A stretch of 64,000 bases of DNA from Octopus vulgaris (Eukaryota): positions 51,770,001 through 51,834,000 of the forward strand of contig OX597822.1 in NCBI GenBank assembly GCA_951406725.2, given 5' to 3'. A model generated the notes under the pieces. That model had not been told where the DNA came from. It saw only the letters and a list, made by a program, of their open reading frames with translations, and did no database searches. Position 1 is the first letter of the stretch, and every line of letters starts with the position of its first letter. Positions 41,005 to 52,325 of this stretch are shown here, piece after piece. Both the position numbers and the translations under genes were made by a program.

Positions 41005-42250
41005 CATATATTTACTGCATATCCTCCTCTCATTGTCCTTCCCTGTACATTATTCAAACGGGACTCCGCTTGGTTGACGGTTCGCGAAGCACCTCGGAGA
41101 CATCAGACTCGGTAATGATACTCCGGCCTCGCGCCATTTCCGCTCTTCCGGTCATTCGTTACAACATCTGTCTGTGTTCGGACTGTCTCTGCACAGGAGC
41201 CACTCGGACTCCTGCTTTCACTCTGAACAACAATTAATCTTCTCATTTTGTCCCTTTGCGCCAGATGGGCTCAACTCACCTCTATTCATCAAACACAAAT
41301 CCCACACTGGTTCCCGCACACTTCCCATATTCAACTTCGCCCTCCACCTACACACATTCATACTACCCACCTCGGTACCCTACTCACACACGCACCACTA
41401 TACACACACCCATGTAAACTGTTCAACTCACCACTGACTTCACACACGATTATAATACACACACAATACCTTCCCACTGCACACACACTAGCACCGACCA
41501 CTTTTCAGCACTCATACCCCAAAACATTATCCGCACACTCGCACACACTCTTCAATAACGTCACCACACATACCACTATGCGAACAGCCACACACACTAT
41601 TGAACTCAGTACACACACCACACACCATCATGCATACTCCCACATCCGCACAGGCACATAATACCTGAACACAGACGATGTATATACAAACATGCAACAC
41701 GCATTGACGAAGATAAGTTACGCCCACCAGCATACACTATACATATACACGCACTTTGGTCACAGACACACACACACACAAACATACACATGTGCACACA
41801 CCACTTGCAAAGGAACACATAGACTGCTACACACACCACAATTCACGCATACACACATACACGCTCACACACATCACTCTCACATACACACACGTTCGCA
41901 CATCTTCGTTCTTTGGGATCAGCATTATTATCTCCCTTTCATTCAACCTCTATATTTTCAAGTCATACGCTATGCTGGACCGCTGAACTCAATGTTATTT
42001 TTTTCCTCTCCTCTCTCCGTTTTTTTTCTTTCGTTCTCCTTTCCCGTCATACTCCATTCTGTCGAAGAACTTACGCTCGAAACGTATGAGACTTTTTCCT
42101 TATTAGTAATGTATATATGCCAACAGCATGTGGAAAGTCCAATAAAGGACAATGTTACTGTTGTTTTAACCCCAGGAAAACATCTTTTCCAGCTGCTTTC
42201 CATTATTCCCGAGCATCAAACTAAACACACCTCGCTTCTTTTATTTCTCA
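41005..42250 (+). mobile_element. Penelope-like element 3' end (GIY-YIG, CA-rich UTR, terminal repeat)
   Basis: IFYCISSSHCPSLYIIQTGLRLVD, frameshift, FAKHLGDIRLGNDTPASRHFRSSGHSLQHLSVFGL...EQQLIFSFCPFAPDGLN, matching IYCIxCxxC..YIGQTxR.L..RF.EH...E..LI..L....P.GLN. Confidence 0.85.
42058..42092 (+). ncRNA. weak hammerhead-like remnant at the PLE 3' end
   Basis: TCTG-TCGAAGA-ACTTACGCTC-GAAA-CG-TA-TGAGAC. The position fits, but the core and stem II are imperfect. Confidence 0.3.
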
Positions 42251-42269
42251 ATAAATTTGAATTATATAT

Positions 42270-42300
<31 letters not shown>

Positions 42301-42752
42301 AAACTAAAATCATTGAACAAGCAAATACAAGGTCAACCGCACGTCATTTCATAATTCGAACATTTAATTATAGAATAAACATATAACCCGCAAGATGGAA
42401 CAAAATTCATATGTACAGCACGTAATAATAATAATATGGTATGGTGCGAGAAAAATTCTTATCATTAAAACTTAGAATTAATATTCTAGCGATTCAAAGA
42501 GAATACATTTATAAAAGGACGTAGAAAGTAAAATATAATATAAGTAATATATAAAAATATATAGGTATATAAAAATATAGGCATATAAAAATATATAAAA
42601 AACATATATAAATATATATACATATAGGAGCATATAAAAAATATAATATATATATATATATCGTGTAAATAAAGTAAAATAAGGTTCATCGTTTAGAAAT
42701 CTTAATCAGGTAAAATAAGCCTTATATATAAGAAGGAAATAATGTTTACTTA

Positions 42753-42829
42753 TCCCTATGGCCATTTCAGGGGTGTATTATATTTAAAGCACTAGGGTGC
42801 ATTCAGATAATACCTGCTTCGTCAGGGGA
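42753..42829 (-). ncRNA. type-I hammerhead ribozyme motif with canonical core and long stem II
   Basis: Minus strand TCCC-CTGACGA-AGCAGGTATTATCTGAATGCACCCTAGTGCTTTAAATATAATACACCCCT-GAAA-TGGCCA-TA-GGGA. Stem I TCCC/GGGA, GTATTAT/ATAATAC and GCAC/GTGC in stem II, perfect palindrome ATGGCCAT as stem III. Confidence 0.8.
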
Positions 42830-43149
42830 AAAAAATATATATATATAAACGCGAAGATAGCCATCACGCACCAGGCCCGTACGGTGTTGTTTGCTTTCCC
42901 ACGTTGGTATTCATGCACGGATAGCCCAAAAGACAAAGCAGTGAAAAAAATAAATAAAATAAAATAAAATAAAATAAAATAAAATAAAAATAAAATAAAA
43001 TTTTCAAATCAAATTATTTCCAATTAATTAAAATTGAACTAAATTGACTTAAAAAGAACCTCCGTGGTTTCAAATCCTGCAAAACTTAAATACTTTTATT
43101 TTTCAATTTATTTACTTTCTATATACTCAAAAAGAATGGGTTTACTTAA

Positions 43150-43575
43150 CTAAATTAAACTGGTCATTTTACTGTGGGCATGCTGGGATACCGCCGTAAA
43201 GGTTTTTAGTGGAACAAACCATTTCCAGGAATTATCTTTGTTTTAAAGCCTAGTACATATTTTATCCGCTTCTTCTGAACACCTTGGTTACGGTGACTTA
43301 AACACACCAACACCAGCTTTCAAGCATTGATGGGGTACAAATACACACACAGAAATACACACACATACACACACAAATATATATATACATAATATGAATA
43401 TATATGTATGCATGTGGCTGTATGGTAAGTAGCTTGCTAACGAACCACATGGTTCTGGGTTCAGTCCCACTGCGTGGCATCTTGGGCAAGTATCTTCTGC
43501 TATAGCCCTGGGCCGACCAAAGCCTTGTGAGTGGATCTGGTAGACGGAAACTGAAAGAAGCCTGTCGTATATATG

Positions 43576-43616
<41 letters not shown>

Positions 43617-43778
43617 GACGGCTTCTTTCCGTTTCCGTCTACCAAATCCACTCACATGATTTTGGTTGGTCCGAGTCAACAGTTGAAGACACTTGCTGAA
43701 GATCACACATAGTGAGACTGAATCCGGAACCATTTGGTTGGAAAACAAGATTCTTACTCCACAGCCACACCGGCACCT
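43150..43778 (-). mobile_element. SINE family A, full length, with a second head nested in opposite orientation
   Basis: Tail about 43150-43350 (-), head 43615-43778 (-). Confidence 0.8.
43414..43568 (+). mobile_element. SINE family A head (nested)
   Basis: GTGGCTGTATGGTAAGTAGCTTGCT...GGTAGACGGAAACTGAAAGAAGCCTGTCGT. Confidence 0.9.
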
Positions 43779-44295
43779 ATGTGCATAAAAAATTACACTA
43801 CTCCGCCATAGCTGCAGTCCAATGAATGATACAAGTAAATGATTAAGTATTTCTATCTATCTAATATGTGTATTACTAAAATGAACTAAGTAGCCTAACG
43901 CACCACTGATGTGAACTGGGATAACAAACTTAAAGGGGCATATAGTAATTACTGTACACTATAGATATAAATCCTCAATCTATTAAAAATTTCCTCACAC
44001 AGACGAGGAAAATAGTCAATAGCCTTTCGGTGATTGTTTACAATTCTGAATGAGATGCCTGGTGATAATTACAAGGGATTAAGAATTGTTCCCTCGTTGT
44101 ATTAAATTAATTATTAAAAAATACAATATAATTTGTTTCTGGGGCAAAAGTCGGCTATGAACTCATGCCACGGCCAGTGGCTCAGCAACAAAATTTGCTA
44201 AGGGGTGCAAACCCAAATCCTAATTTTTTTAATGAAAAATGTGAATTTTTCCAATGTTAACATTAAAACAAATGCAGGTATAATAATTTTTATTA

Positions 44296-44810
44296 TTATG
44301 ACGGTCGACTGAAATGTTCATAATCTGAACAAGACACTCTCTATGGAATGTGACCAAATGAAGTTCCTTTTCTAACATAGTTCTTCTTACTGTCCACACA
44401 CGTCCATTAGTAGTTGCAGTGCTTGGGTCGCACTGGTGAAGAAGTTTTTCTGTTGATCAAAATGGTCATCAACAACAGATAAGATGTTCTCATCATAGTG
44501 ATACTGGTGCTCAGCTGAGTGTTTTTCTATGTTAGGAAACATATAACCAGAAGGAACCAAATCACTAACATAGGGAGCATGATCAACTAGTTCAAAGCCA
44601 GTCACATACAGCAGCCATTGAAACCAAGGACTTGTGTGCTGAAGCATTGTCCTAATGAAACAAGACCCCATTCATAAGTTTTTCTGGATGTTTGGTCTTG
44701 ATAGCTTTTCATAACTGCCTTAGGAATCTGGTATTGAAATTTTCCATTGATGGTGTGATCATTTTGAAGATAGCCAATAAACACAATATATTTTTTGGAT
44801 TAATGCATAG
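44296..44810 (-). mobile_element. mariner transposon 3' relic
   Basis: GFELVDHAPYVSDLVPSGYMFPNIEK (HPPYSPDLAPSDY) and IGYLQNDHTING, with ITR-like TATGACGGTCGACTGAAATGTTCATA at about 44297. Confidence 0.85.
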
Positions 44811-45114
44811 TATATATAATAATGTGAAGTATATTTTGCATATTAAAATGTTTAATTTTGGAAATATTTCAAACATAGCTAAAATAAGCAGTAAAAATAC
44901 AAATTGCAAGTATTTCAAAATGTGGGACACTACATGACAAAAACTAACAAAAAAAAGGGAAGAAAATAGTGGTGCTTGTGTTCCAAAGATACAATGAGAA
45001 GGCTCAGGAGAAGGATAGAGAGATGGGGTAGAGGGAAGGAAGTTAGAAGGAAAGAAAAGAATGAAAAATGAAAAGATAAATTGGGGATCTGAAATGATTA
45101 CTAGGCAGGAAATT

Positions 45115-45303
45115 GGCCCTGTGCCGGTGGCACGTAAAAACAGCACCCACTACAATATCAGAGCGGTTGGCGTTAGGTAGGGCATCCAGTTGTAGAAACA
45201 CTGCCAGATCAGACTGGAGCCTGGTGCAGCCTCCTGGCTTCCCAGGCCCCAGTCGAACCATTCAACCTATTCTAGCATGGAAAATGGACATTAAACGATG
45301 ATG
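45115..45303 (+). mobile_element. SINE family D 3' part
   Basis: Matches 35690-35940 and ends TTAAACGATGATG. Confidence 0.85.
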
Positions 45304-45724
45304 TCTTACCTATGCACTGGTCAAGTAGAAAAACGATGAGTGACAAAAAACTGGATTGTCTTTTGGTACCAAAAAGTGAAGAAAGAGAGTAGAGAAGGTT
45401 AGGGAAGAGCAAGTAGGAAGAAAGAGAGAGTGCGGACAAATAAGGGAATAAAGATAGACAGTATGTAGTTGACAGAGATGGACAGAGATGGACTGAGGAA
45501 GAAATGGAAGGCAGTAAAGAGAGAAAAGCAGCAGATAGGTAGAGAGGTAGATAGAGGGGAGAGGAGAAGGACAGAGAAATAGATAGAAAAGAGAGACAGT
45601 CTTGCACCAAATATTGAACACTGCGTAGGGTACCACTGAGTGGGAACAGAAGTGAGTGTGTGACATTATATTGACTAACAGACCTAAAATGCTTCACAGA
45701 AAGTCAACAAACACACATATATAA

Positions 45725-46545
45725 TGATAAAGGAAATTGTTGTATAGAGTGCTCAGGTAAACTACAACTAAAAAAAAAATGGCCATCAGGTGTAATGTTG
45801 GCAGATTTCAGGACACATGGAATTTTTTAAGGATGTAGTGTCTTGACAGCTAACAACTGATGCAGATGGTTTATTCCATGCAATTCTGAGCATGAAAAAT
45901 TGTTTCCGAAAGTCATGGGTGCTGTGTTTTTTTTTTAAATTTATAAGCATGCCCGTGAGTGTTTGTCATATGGAATTCAAAGAGGTTCCCAAGGTTGTTG
46001 TTGGAAATAGGGAGGATAATCTTGTGGGTGTAAATCAACTCAGTTGCCAGACGTCTGGGCTTCAATGTATCCATGCCCAGGAATGCAAGACGTTCAGAGT
46101 ATGGTAGATGTCTGACGGTGGGTATTTGCTTTGTTGCACATTTCTGAACAGATTCCAGGAGATTTATATGCTGAGAAAGAGAGGGGTTCCAGACTGGTGA
46201 TGCAAATTCCAAGTGTGGACATACCATTGTTGTATACAATTTTAACTAGAGAGTGGCTGACAAAGGTCTTACTGGGTGATGCTAGCACCACCTCAGCCTT
46301 TTTGACAATCTTAGATATGTGGTTTGTCCAATGCAGATTGTTGTTTACAATAATACATGTCCACCAGAAGACTTCTTGAGATTGGTATTGCTGAGGGATT
46401 ATGTAAAAGCTGGATTTTTCCTCCCAAACTGCATGGTGACATACTTGTCTACAGATAGCTTGAGTTGCAAGTCAGATCTGATTGCAGGATAGTATATGCT
46501 CTTTTTATTTCAAGATACATGGTATCTTCTGCATATTTCATCACT
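45725..46545 (-). mobile_element. CR1-clade LINE 3' portion
   Basis: ORF 45913-46239 YTTMVCPHLEFASPVWNP...LLESVQKCATK.IP..RHLPYSERL..LGMDTLKPRRL. A YAEDTM (YADD-like) motif lies near 46530. Confidence 0.9.
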
Positions 46546-48919
46546 AAACTTTACAGGATGTTTTCGAACAGAATTCCCGGGAGTGAGAAAATCCTCAGAA
46601 CTTCCCAGGATGTCTTCAACCAAATTTCTAGTAAGTTAGAAAATCTTCGGAACTTCCCAGGAAGTTTTCGACCACATTTCCCGGAAGTTACAAAATCCTC
46701 CGAACTTCCCATAAAGCTTTCGACCAAATTTCCCGGGAGTTATAAAGTCCTCGGAAATTTCCAGAAATTTCTCGACAAAATTTCCAGGAAGTTTCCAGGA
46801 AGATTTCGACCAATTTTCCCGGAAGTTAGAAAATCGTCGGAACATCCCAGGAAGTTTTCGACCAAATTTTCCCGAAAGTTAGAAAATCCTCTGAACCTCC
46901 CAGGAAGTTTTCGACCAAATTTCCCGAAAGTTAGAAAATCCTCGGAACTTCCCAGGATGTTCTTGACCAAATTTCCCGGAAGTTAGAACATCTCCGGAAC
47001 TTTCCAGGAAGTTCTCGGCCAAATTTCCAGGAAGTTAGAAAATCCTTGGAACTTCGCAGGATGTTTTCGAGAAAATATCCCGGAAGTTACAAAATCCTCG
47101 GAACTTTCCAGAAACATTTCGACCAAAGTCCCCAGAAGTTAGAAAATCCTCCTTCGGAACTGTCCAAGAAGTTTTCAACTAAATTGCCCGGAAGTTATAA
47201 AGTCCTCGTAAGTTTCCAGGACGCTTTCAACCAAATATCCCGGAGGCTCGAAGATCCTCGGAACTTTCCAGCAACTTTTCGAACAAATTTCCAGGAAGTT
47301 ATAAAACCATAGGAATTTCCAGGAAGTATTCGAACAAATTTCCAGGAATTCAGAAAATCATATTTCCAGGAAGTTTCCCGGAAGTTAGAGAATTCTTGGA
47401 AACACGCATGAAATTTTCGACAAAATATCCCAAAAGTTATAAAGTCTTCGGAACTTTCCAGGACGTTTTCGACCAAATTTTCCAGAACTTAGAAAATCCT
47501 CAGAACTTCCCAGGAAGTTTTCGAACAAATTTCCCGGAAGTCAGAAAATCTTAGGAATTTTCCAGGAAGTTTTCAACTCAATTTCCCGGAAGTTAGAAAA
47601 TCCTCGGTACTTTCCAGGACGTTTTTGACCAAATATTCTGGACGCTAGAAATCCTCGGGACTTTCCAGCAATTGTCGATGAAATTTCCAGGATGTTTGAA
47701 AACCATTGAATTTCCAGGAAGTTTTCGGACAATTTTCTCGGAAGTTATAAAATCCTCGGAACTTTACAGGAGATTTTCGCCCAAATATCCCGGAAGTTAC
47801 AAAATCTCGGAACTTTCCAGGAAGTTCTCGACCAAATTTCCCGGAAGTTACAAAATCATTCGGAACTTTCCAGGACGTTTTCGACCAAATAACTGGAAGC
47901 TAGGAAATCCTCCGATCTTTCTAGCAACCTTTCGATCAAATTTCCCGAAAATTAGAAAAACCTCGGAGCTTTCCAGGGCGTTTTCGACCAAATTTCCAGG
48001 AAGTTTGAAAATCCTCGGAACTTCCCATGATTATTTTCGACGAAACTTCCCGGAAGTTGGGAAATCCTCAGAACTTCACAGGAAGTTTTCGGCAAGATCT
48101 GCCGGAAGGTCCAGGAAGTTCTCTTGGAACTTTCCAGAAACTTTTCGACAAAATTTCCTGGAAGTTAGATAATACTCGGAACTTTCCAAGAAATTGTCGA
48201 CCAAATTTCCAGGTAGTTAGAAAATCCTCGGATCTTCCCGGGTTATTTTCGACGAAATTTCCCGGAAGTTAGAAAATCCTCGGAACTTCACATGAAGTTT
48301 TCGACAAATTATGCCGGAAGTTAGAATATCCTCGGAACTTACCAGGATTATTTTCGACGAAATTTCGCGGATGTTAGGAAATCCTCGGAACTTCACAGGA
48401 AGTCTTCGACAAGATCTGCCGGAAGTTAGATAATCCTCGGAACTTTCCAAGAACTTTTCGACCAAATTTCCCGGAAGCAAAAAATTCCTCGGAACTTTCC
48501 AGGGAGTGTTCGATCTATTTCCCGGAAGTTAGAATATCCCCGGGACTTGCCATGAAGTTAGAAAATTTTTGGAATTTTCCATGATGTTTCCGATCAAATT
48601 TCCCGGAAATTAGAAATCCTCCAAACTTTCCGGGGAGTTTTCGACCAAATTTCCCTGGAGGAAAAATTGCTCAGAACTTTCCAGGGAGTGTTCGATCTAT
48701 TTCCCGGAAGTTAGAATATCCCCGGGACTTGCCATGAAGTTAGAAAATTTTTGGAATTTTCCATGATGTTTCCGATCAAATTTCCCTGATATTAGAAATC
48801 CTCCAAACTTTCCGGGGAGTTTTCGACCAAATTTCGCGGAAGTTAGAAAATCCTCGGAACTTTCCAGAATGTTTTCGACCAAATTTCACGGAAGTTAAAA
48901 AATCCTTGAAACTTCCAGG
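46546..48919. repeat. 52-bp tandem array, about 45 diverged units
   Basis: Consensus by eye CCGGAAGTTAGAAAATCCTCGGAACTTTCCAGGAAGTTTTCGACCAAATTTC. Spacing of 52-53 nt measured at 46861/46914/46966. Confidence 0.97.
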
Positions 48920-50070
48920 TGCTGAATGTCTTTCTGGAGATATGGGTTTGGGGTATGGATTAAAGAATTCGCTTGGATTATGCACCGGGCTGCGATACGG
49001 ATAGAGAATGCGGCCTTCCGCCTGTTGAAACCAAAGTGTCGGGGATAGAGTTTGCGATCATGTCCACGAAGACCTCTATCCTGTGCAGGGATGAAAATCT
49101 CCGCAAATGGTAGGCTTCCATGTCCGTTGAAGATGTTGAAATTCGGATGAGATCTCCCTGCATCCTCCGTCGTTTGAGTGAAAGTAATGCCATCCGTCGG
49201 AGATGTTCCTCTTACGCAAGCTTAGACGAGCCCGCGCCCATTCGTGTGGCCAAGTGCTGAACCCATTCCAGGTGCTAAATGTCTTTCTGGAGATATGGGT
49301 TAGGGGTATGGATGTAATATTCGAGGATGGGTCGAACTAGAGTGATATATACAGGCCAAAAGACGTCCATTGAAAGGTTAGCAAAGGGTCGGTGTATGAG
49401 AAAAATATTCCTTCTGGCTTTGTTCGCTGCCTCGATACCCTGCCGTGGTAGTTTGAAAGTAGTATCGATCATTATGCTGAGATCCTTTTCTTCAGTGACC
49501 ATCTTGAGATGTTGATGTTTGTGACCAATAGTCAAGGGAGAGTTTGGAGGTGAACCTATTGGCAAATGGCTGCATTTTGAGGCGTTCAAGTTCAGATTCC
49601 ATTCTTCCGCCCAATTCCAATCTCGGTTCAGCGACAATTTGAGTATGTCGTATTGATTCCTAGGTGAGACAAGTTTGACGTCGTCTGCAAATAGGAGAAC
49701 TCTTCCATCAAGAAAATCTGACAAGTCGTTGATATAAAGAAGGAAAAGAATTGGCCCCAGCACCGACCTCTGGGGAACGCCGCTGCATGCATTCGTCTCC
49801 GCTGAGAGATCTCCATTTATCTGCACGCAAAAGGTTCGATAGCTCAGGAAGGAAGAAATGCACAAAGTCAACAATGGAGGAATCTTGAATGCTCGAAGTT
49901 TGCGCAAGAGAAGTCAGTGATTAACGGAGTCAAATTCCTTTGCGAAGTCCAAAAATACCACACCCACCAAGTCTTTTTCATCCATGATCCTTGTAATCCA
50001 TTCTTCAAGGAGGGGAAGATTTGTTAGGCAAGATCTTCAGGGTAGAAATCTATGCTGCGAATCGGATATT
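48913..50070 (-). mobile_element. CR1-clade LINE RT region
   Basis: ORF 49275-49907 SGVPQRSVLGPILFLLYINDL...LLFADDVKL...VYITLVRPILEY, upstream FLDFAKEFDSVNH, and downstream LSLKRRRMQGDLI. Confidence 0.93.
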
Positions 50071-50099
50071 TCTTTGTACCATATACAGATAATTGTATA

Positions 50100-50440
50100 A
50101 TGCTTTGGTTGGAAATAGCAGTGGGAATGACATGAACATTGTGATTAAAAACAAAGTCGAGTATGCTATTTTCCGTTAATTGGACAGGTAACAATTTGTT
50201 GTATGGGAAAGTCTTTTGTTGTATCGAGGAAAGGGTTCATATCCCTCCACATCAGTTGCTTGGTTCCAGGCTGGATATAATCCTCAGACCAGCTAAGATT
50301 AGTAAAATCAAAGACTCCTGTTAAAAGCATATTAGCCTGTGTGCTGGCCTCAGCTAGGGTTAGACCTGTGAGTAAAAAAAAGCACCTCTGAAGTTATCTT
50401 CGTGGTTAACCGCGTCAGGATGACGGTAGGTAATGCTTTC
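50100..50440 (-). mobile_element. LINE AP-endonuclease relic
   Basis: ITYRHP...MLLTGVFDFTNLSW resembles IYRxP...LLxGDFNxPxIxW. Confidence 0.5.
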
Positions 50441-52122
50441 AATATCACTTCCTTTTTATATAAATTAGTCTGAAATTGTCGAATACATTTCTTTGCAAAT
50501 TATGTGATTTCGGGCTTGGTCTGCAATCATTTATAGTTAAATGTTTCCTTTCAAAATCTTTTTTTTATTAAACTGGACTAGTATTTCGAATGAGCAATAA
50601 GTAGCAAAGCATTTAACAATGAGCATTAAATATCAAAAATAGAAATAAATAATTTTGTTCCCTTGTCAAACTTTACACCTAACAACCTAAATGAGAAAAC
50701 CGATATGACTGAAAGAATTTTTAAAGGGCTTTTATTCTTAAGCTGAGGTCAAACAGTCGAATCCATTCAACCATGTCGTCAGTCTTTAGCAACATCAACT
50801 TCAAAGAACTTGAGAGAGGTGACAGACTGAGAGAGGACAATAACCTTCACACATTTTCAGCATTGCAAGAGTTTGGAGTTATTTTCGTCAGAATAGAGCT
50901 GTCTTCAAAAATCCAAGTAATGCTATGTATTTAAGAGTAGCCGTAGATGCTGGTCATATTGTTGTTCTTGTTGTTTGCTGCTACTGTTGTTGTCACATAC
51001 TTTTTTTATTTTGACGCTACTTTGCTTCAGAAGTTGGTTAGTCATAAATTCCCTTCGGAATTTTAAGCCCAGCTTCATCACTTTTATTTATTTATTTTTG
51101 TTCTTTGTTTTTGCTTTGAAACGAAATCTAGCTTCAAGCATCTTATACAGATAATTTTTTAGACACTATTTTCTGAAACGGGTAAATTTGTGTAGGGGGG
51201 TGCAAATTTTGATCTTGCACCACCTGAAAATTCCAAATGGTGCAGGTGCACCCGCTGCACCCCCTGTTCCCGGACCCCATTCTAATTTTTAAAATTGCAT
51301 GGTTCTATTCAATCTGAACATAATGTTGCTCTAAAATCCCAATAATTAAATGTTTAAATACTACCTCAGCGTAAAGACACTTTTGATATAACCGATAATT
51401 GATTGGATTTTTTTTCTATCGGTGTGCTGTCATATCATTTCTTCTGGAAATGACATGACAGCACACCGATAATAATATGTTTGCTCATGATTCACATGAA
51501 GCAAATTCACAACAGGATAGTGCTTCAGACGATGTATTAAAATTAAGTGTGGACCGTTTGAAAGAACATTATATAAACGTTTTACATGGCGTGAACGAAT
51601 TTCAGTTAATTGAAGCACTCATAAACTTCTGATTAAACTTCTGATTGGGAGATACAGGAAATTTATTTGCTTTTATGTCAGGACAGATTGATGAGGTAAT
51701 CAAAGCCAAAAGTTATCCTAATACTGTTATAAACCACAGCATGATGTTCGCTTATATGTTGTCTCACCTACGAATGGCTTGATCTAATACACAGGCATTT
51801 CCTGTGCAGCTACATGCGCATGGATCTAGGAAGTACAATTATTAATAAACTATTTAATATCCGAGAGCACCAAATTACTTAAAATTTAACCGGACTACGA
51901 CTTTACGCTTATGAATTAAAAAATAGAAATATACAAGGCAGAATAAAGAGAGGTATAAAAATGACGTCAAGAGATCTTCACTAGCTGTTGAAGTAATTAC
52001 AGTTGCTGTGTGTGCCTGACTCTCCCTCTCTTTCACATACACATACACACACATAAACAGAGGGACATCGAGAAATAAGAAAAAGAACCAATATATATAT
52101 ATACATGTGTGTGTGTGTGGTT

Positions 52123-52325
52123 GTGTGTCTGTTTGTCTCCCAACATTGCTTGACAGCCGATGCTGGTGTGTTTACGTTCCCGTAAATTAGCTATTCGGCA
52201 AAAGAGACCGATAGAATAAGTACTAGGCTTACAAAGAGTAAGTCCTGGGGTCGATTTCTTGGACCAAAGCCGGTGCTCCAGCATGGCCACAGCCAAATGA
52301 TTGAAAGAAGTAAAAGAGTAAAAGA
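52123..52325 (+). mobile_element. SINE family A tail
   Basis: Matches 11075-11270. Confidence 0.85.

Noticed and set aside
41248-42354. Long His/Thr-rich ORFs (137 and 220 aa)
   Set aside because: CA-rich low-complexity 3' region of a Penelope-like element; stop codons are rare because of composition.
46546-48919. CRISPR-like array or repetitive protein ORFs (46465-46986, 47672-48172)
   Set aside because: Units are contiguous with no unique spacers, there are no cas genes and the context is eukaryotic. A 52-nt unit is not a multiple of three, and the ORFs break frequently.
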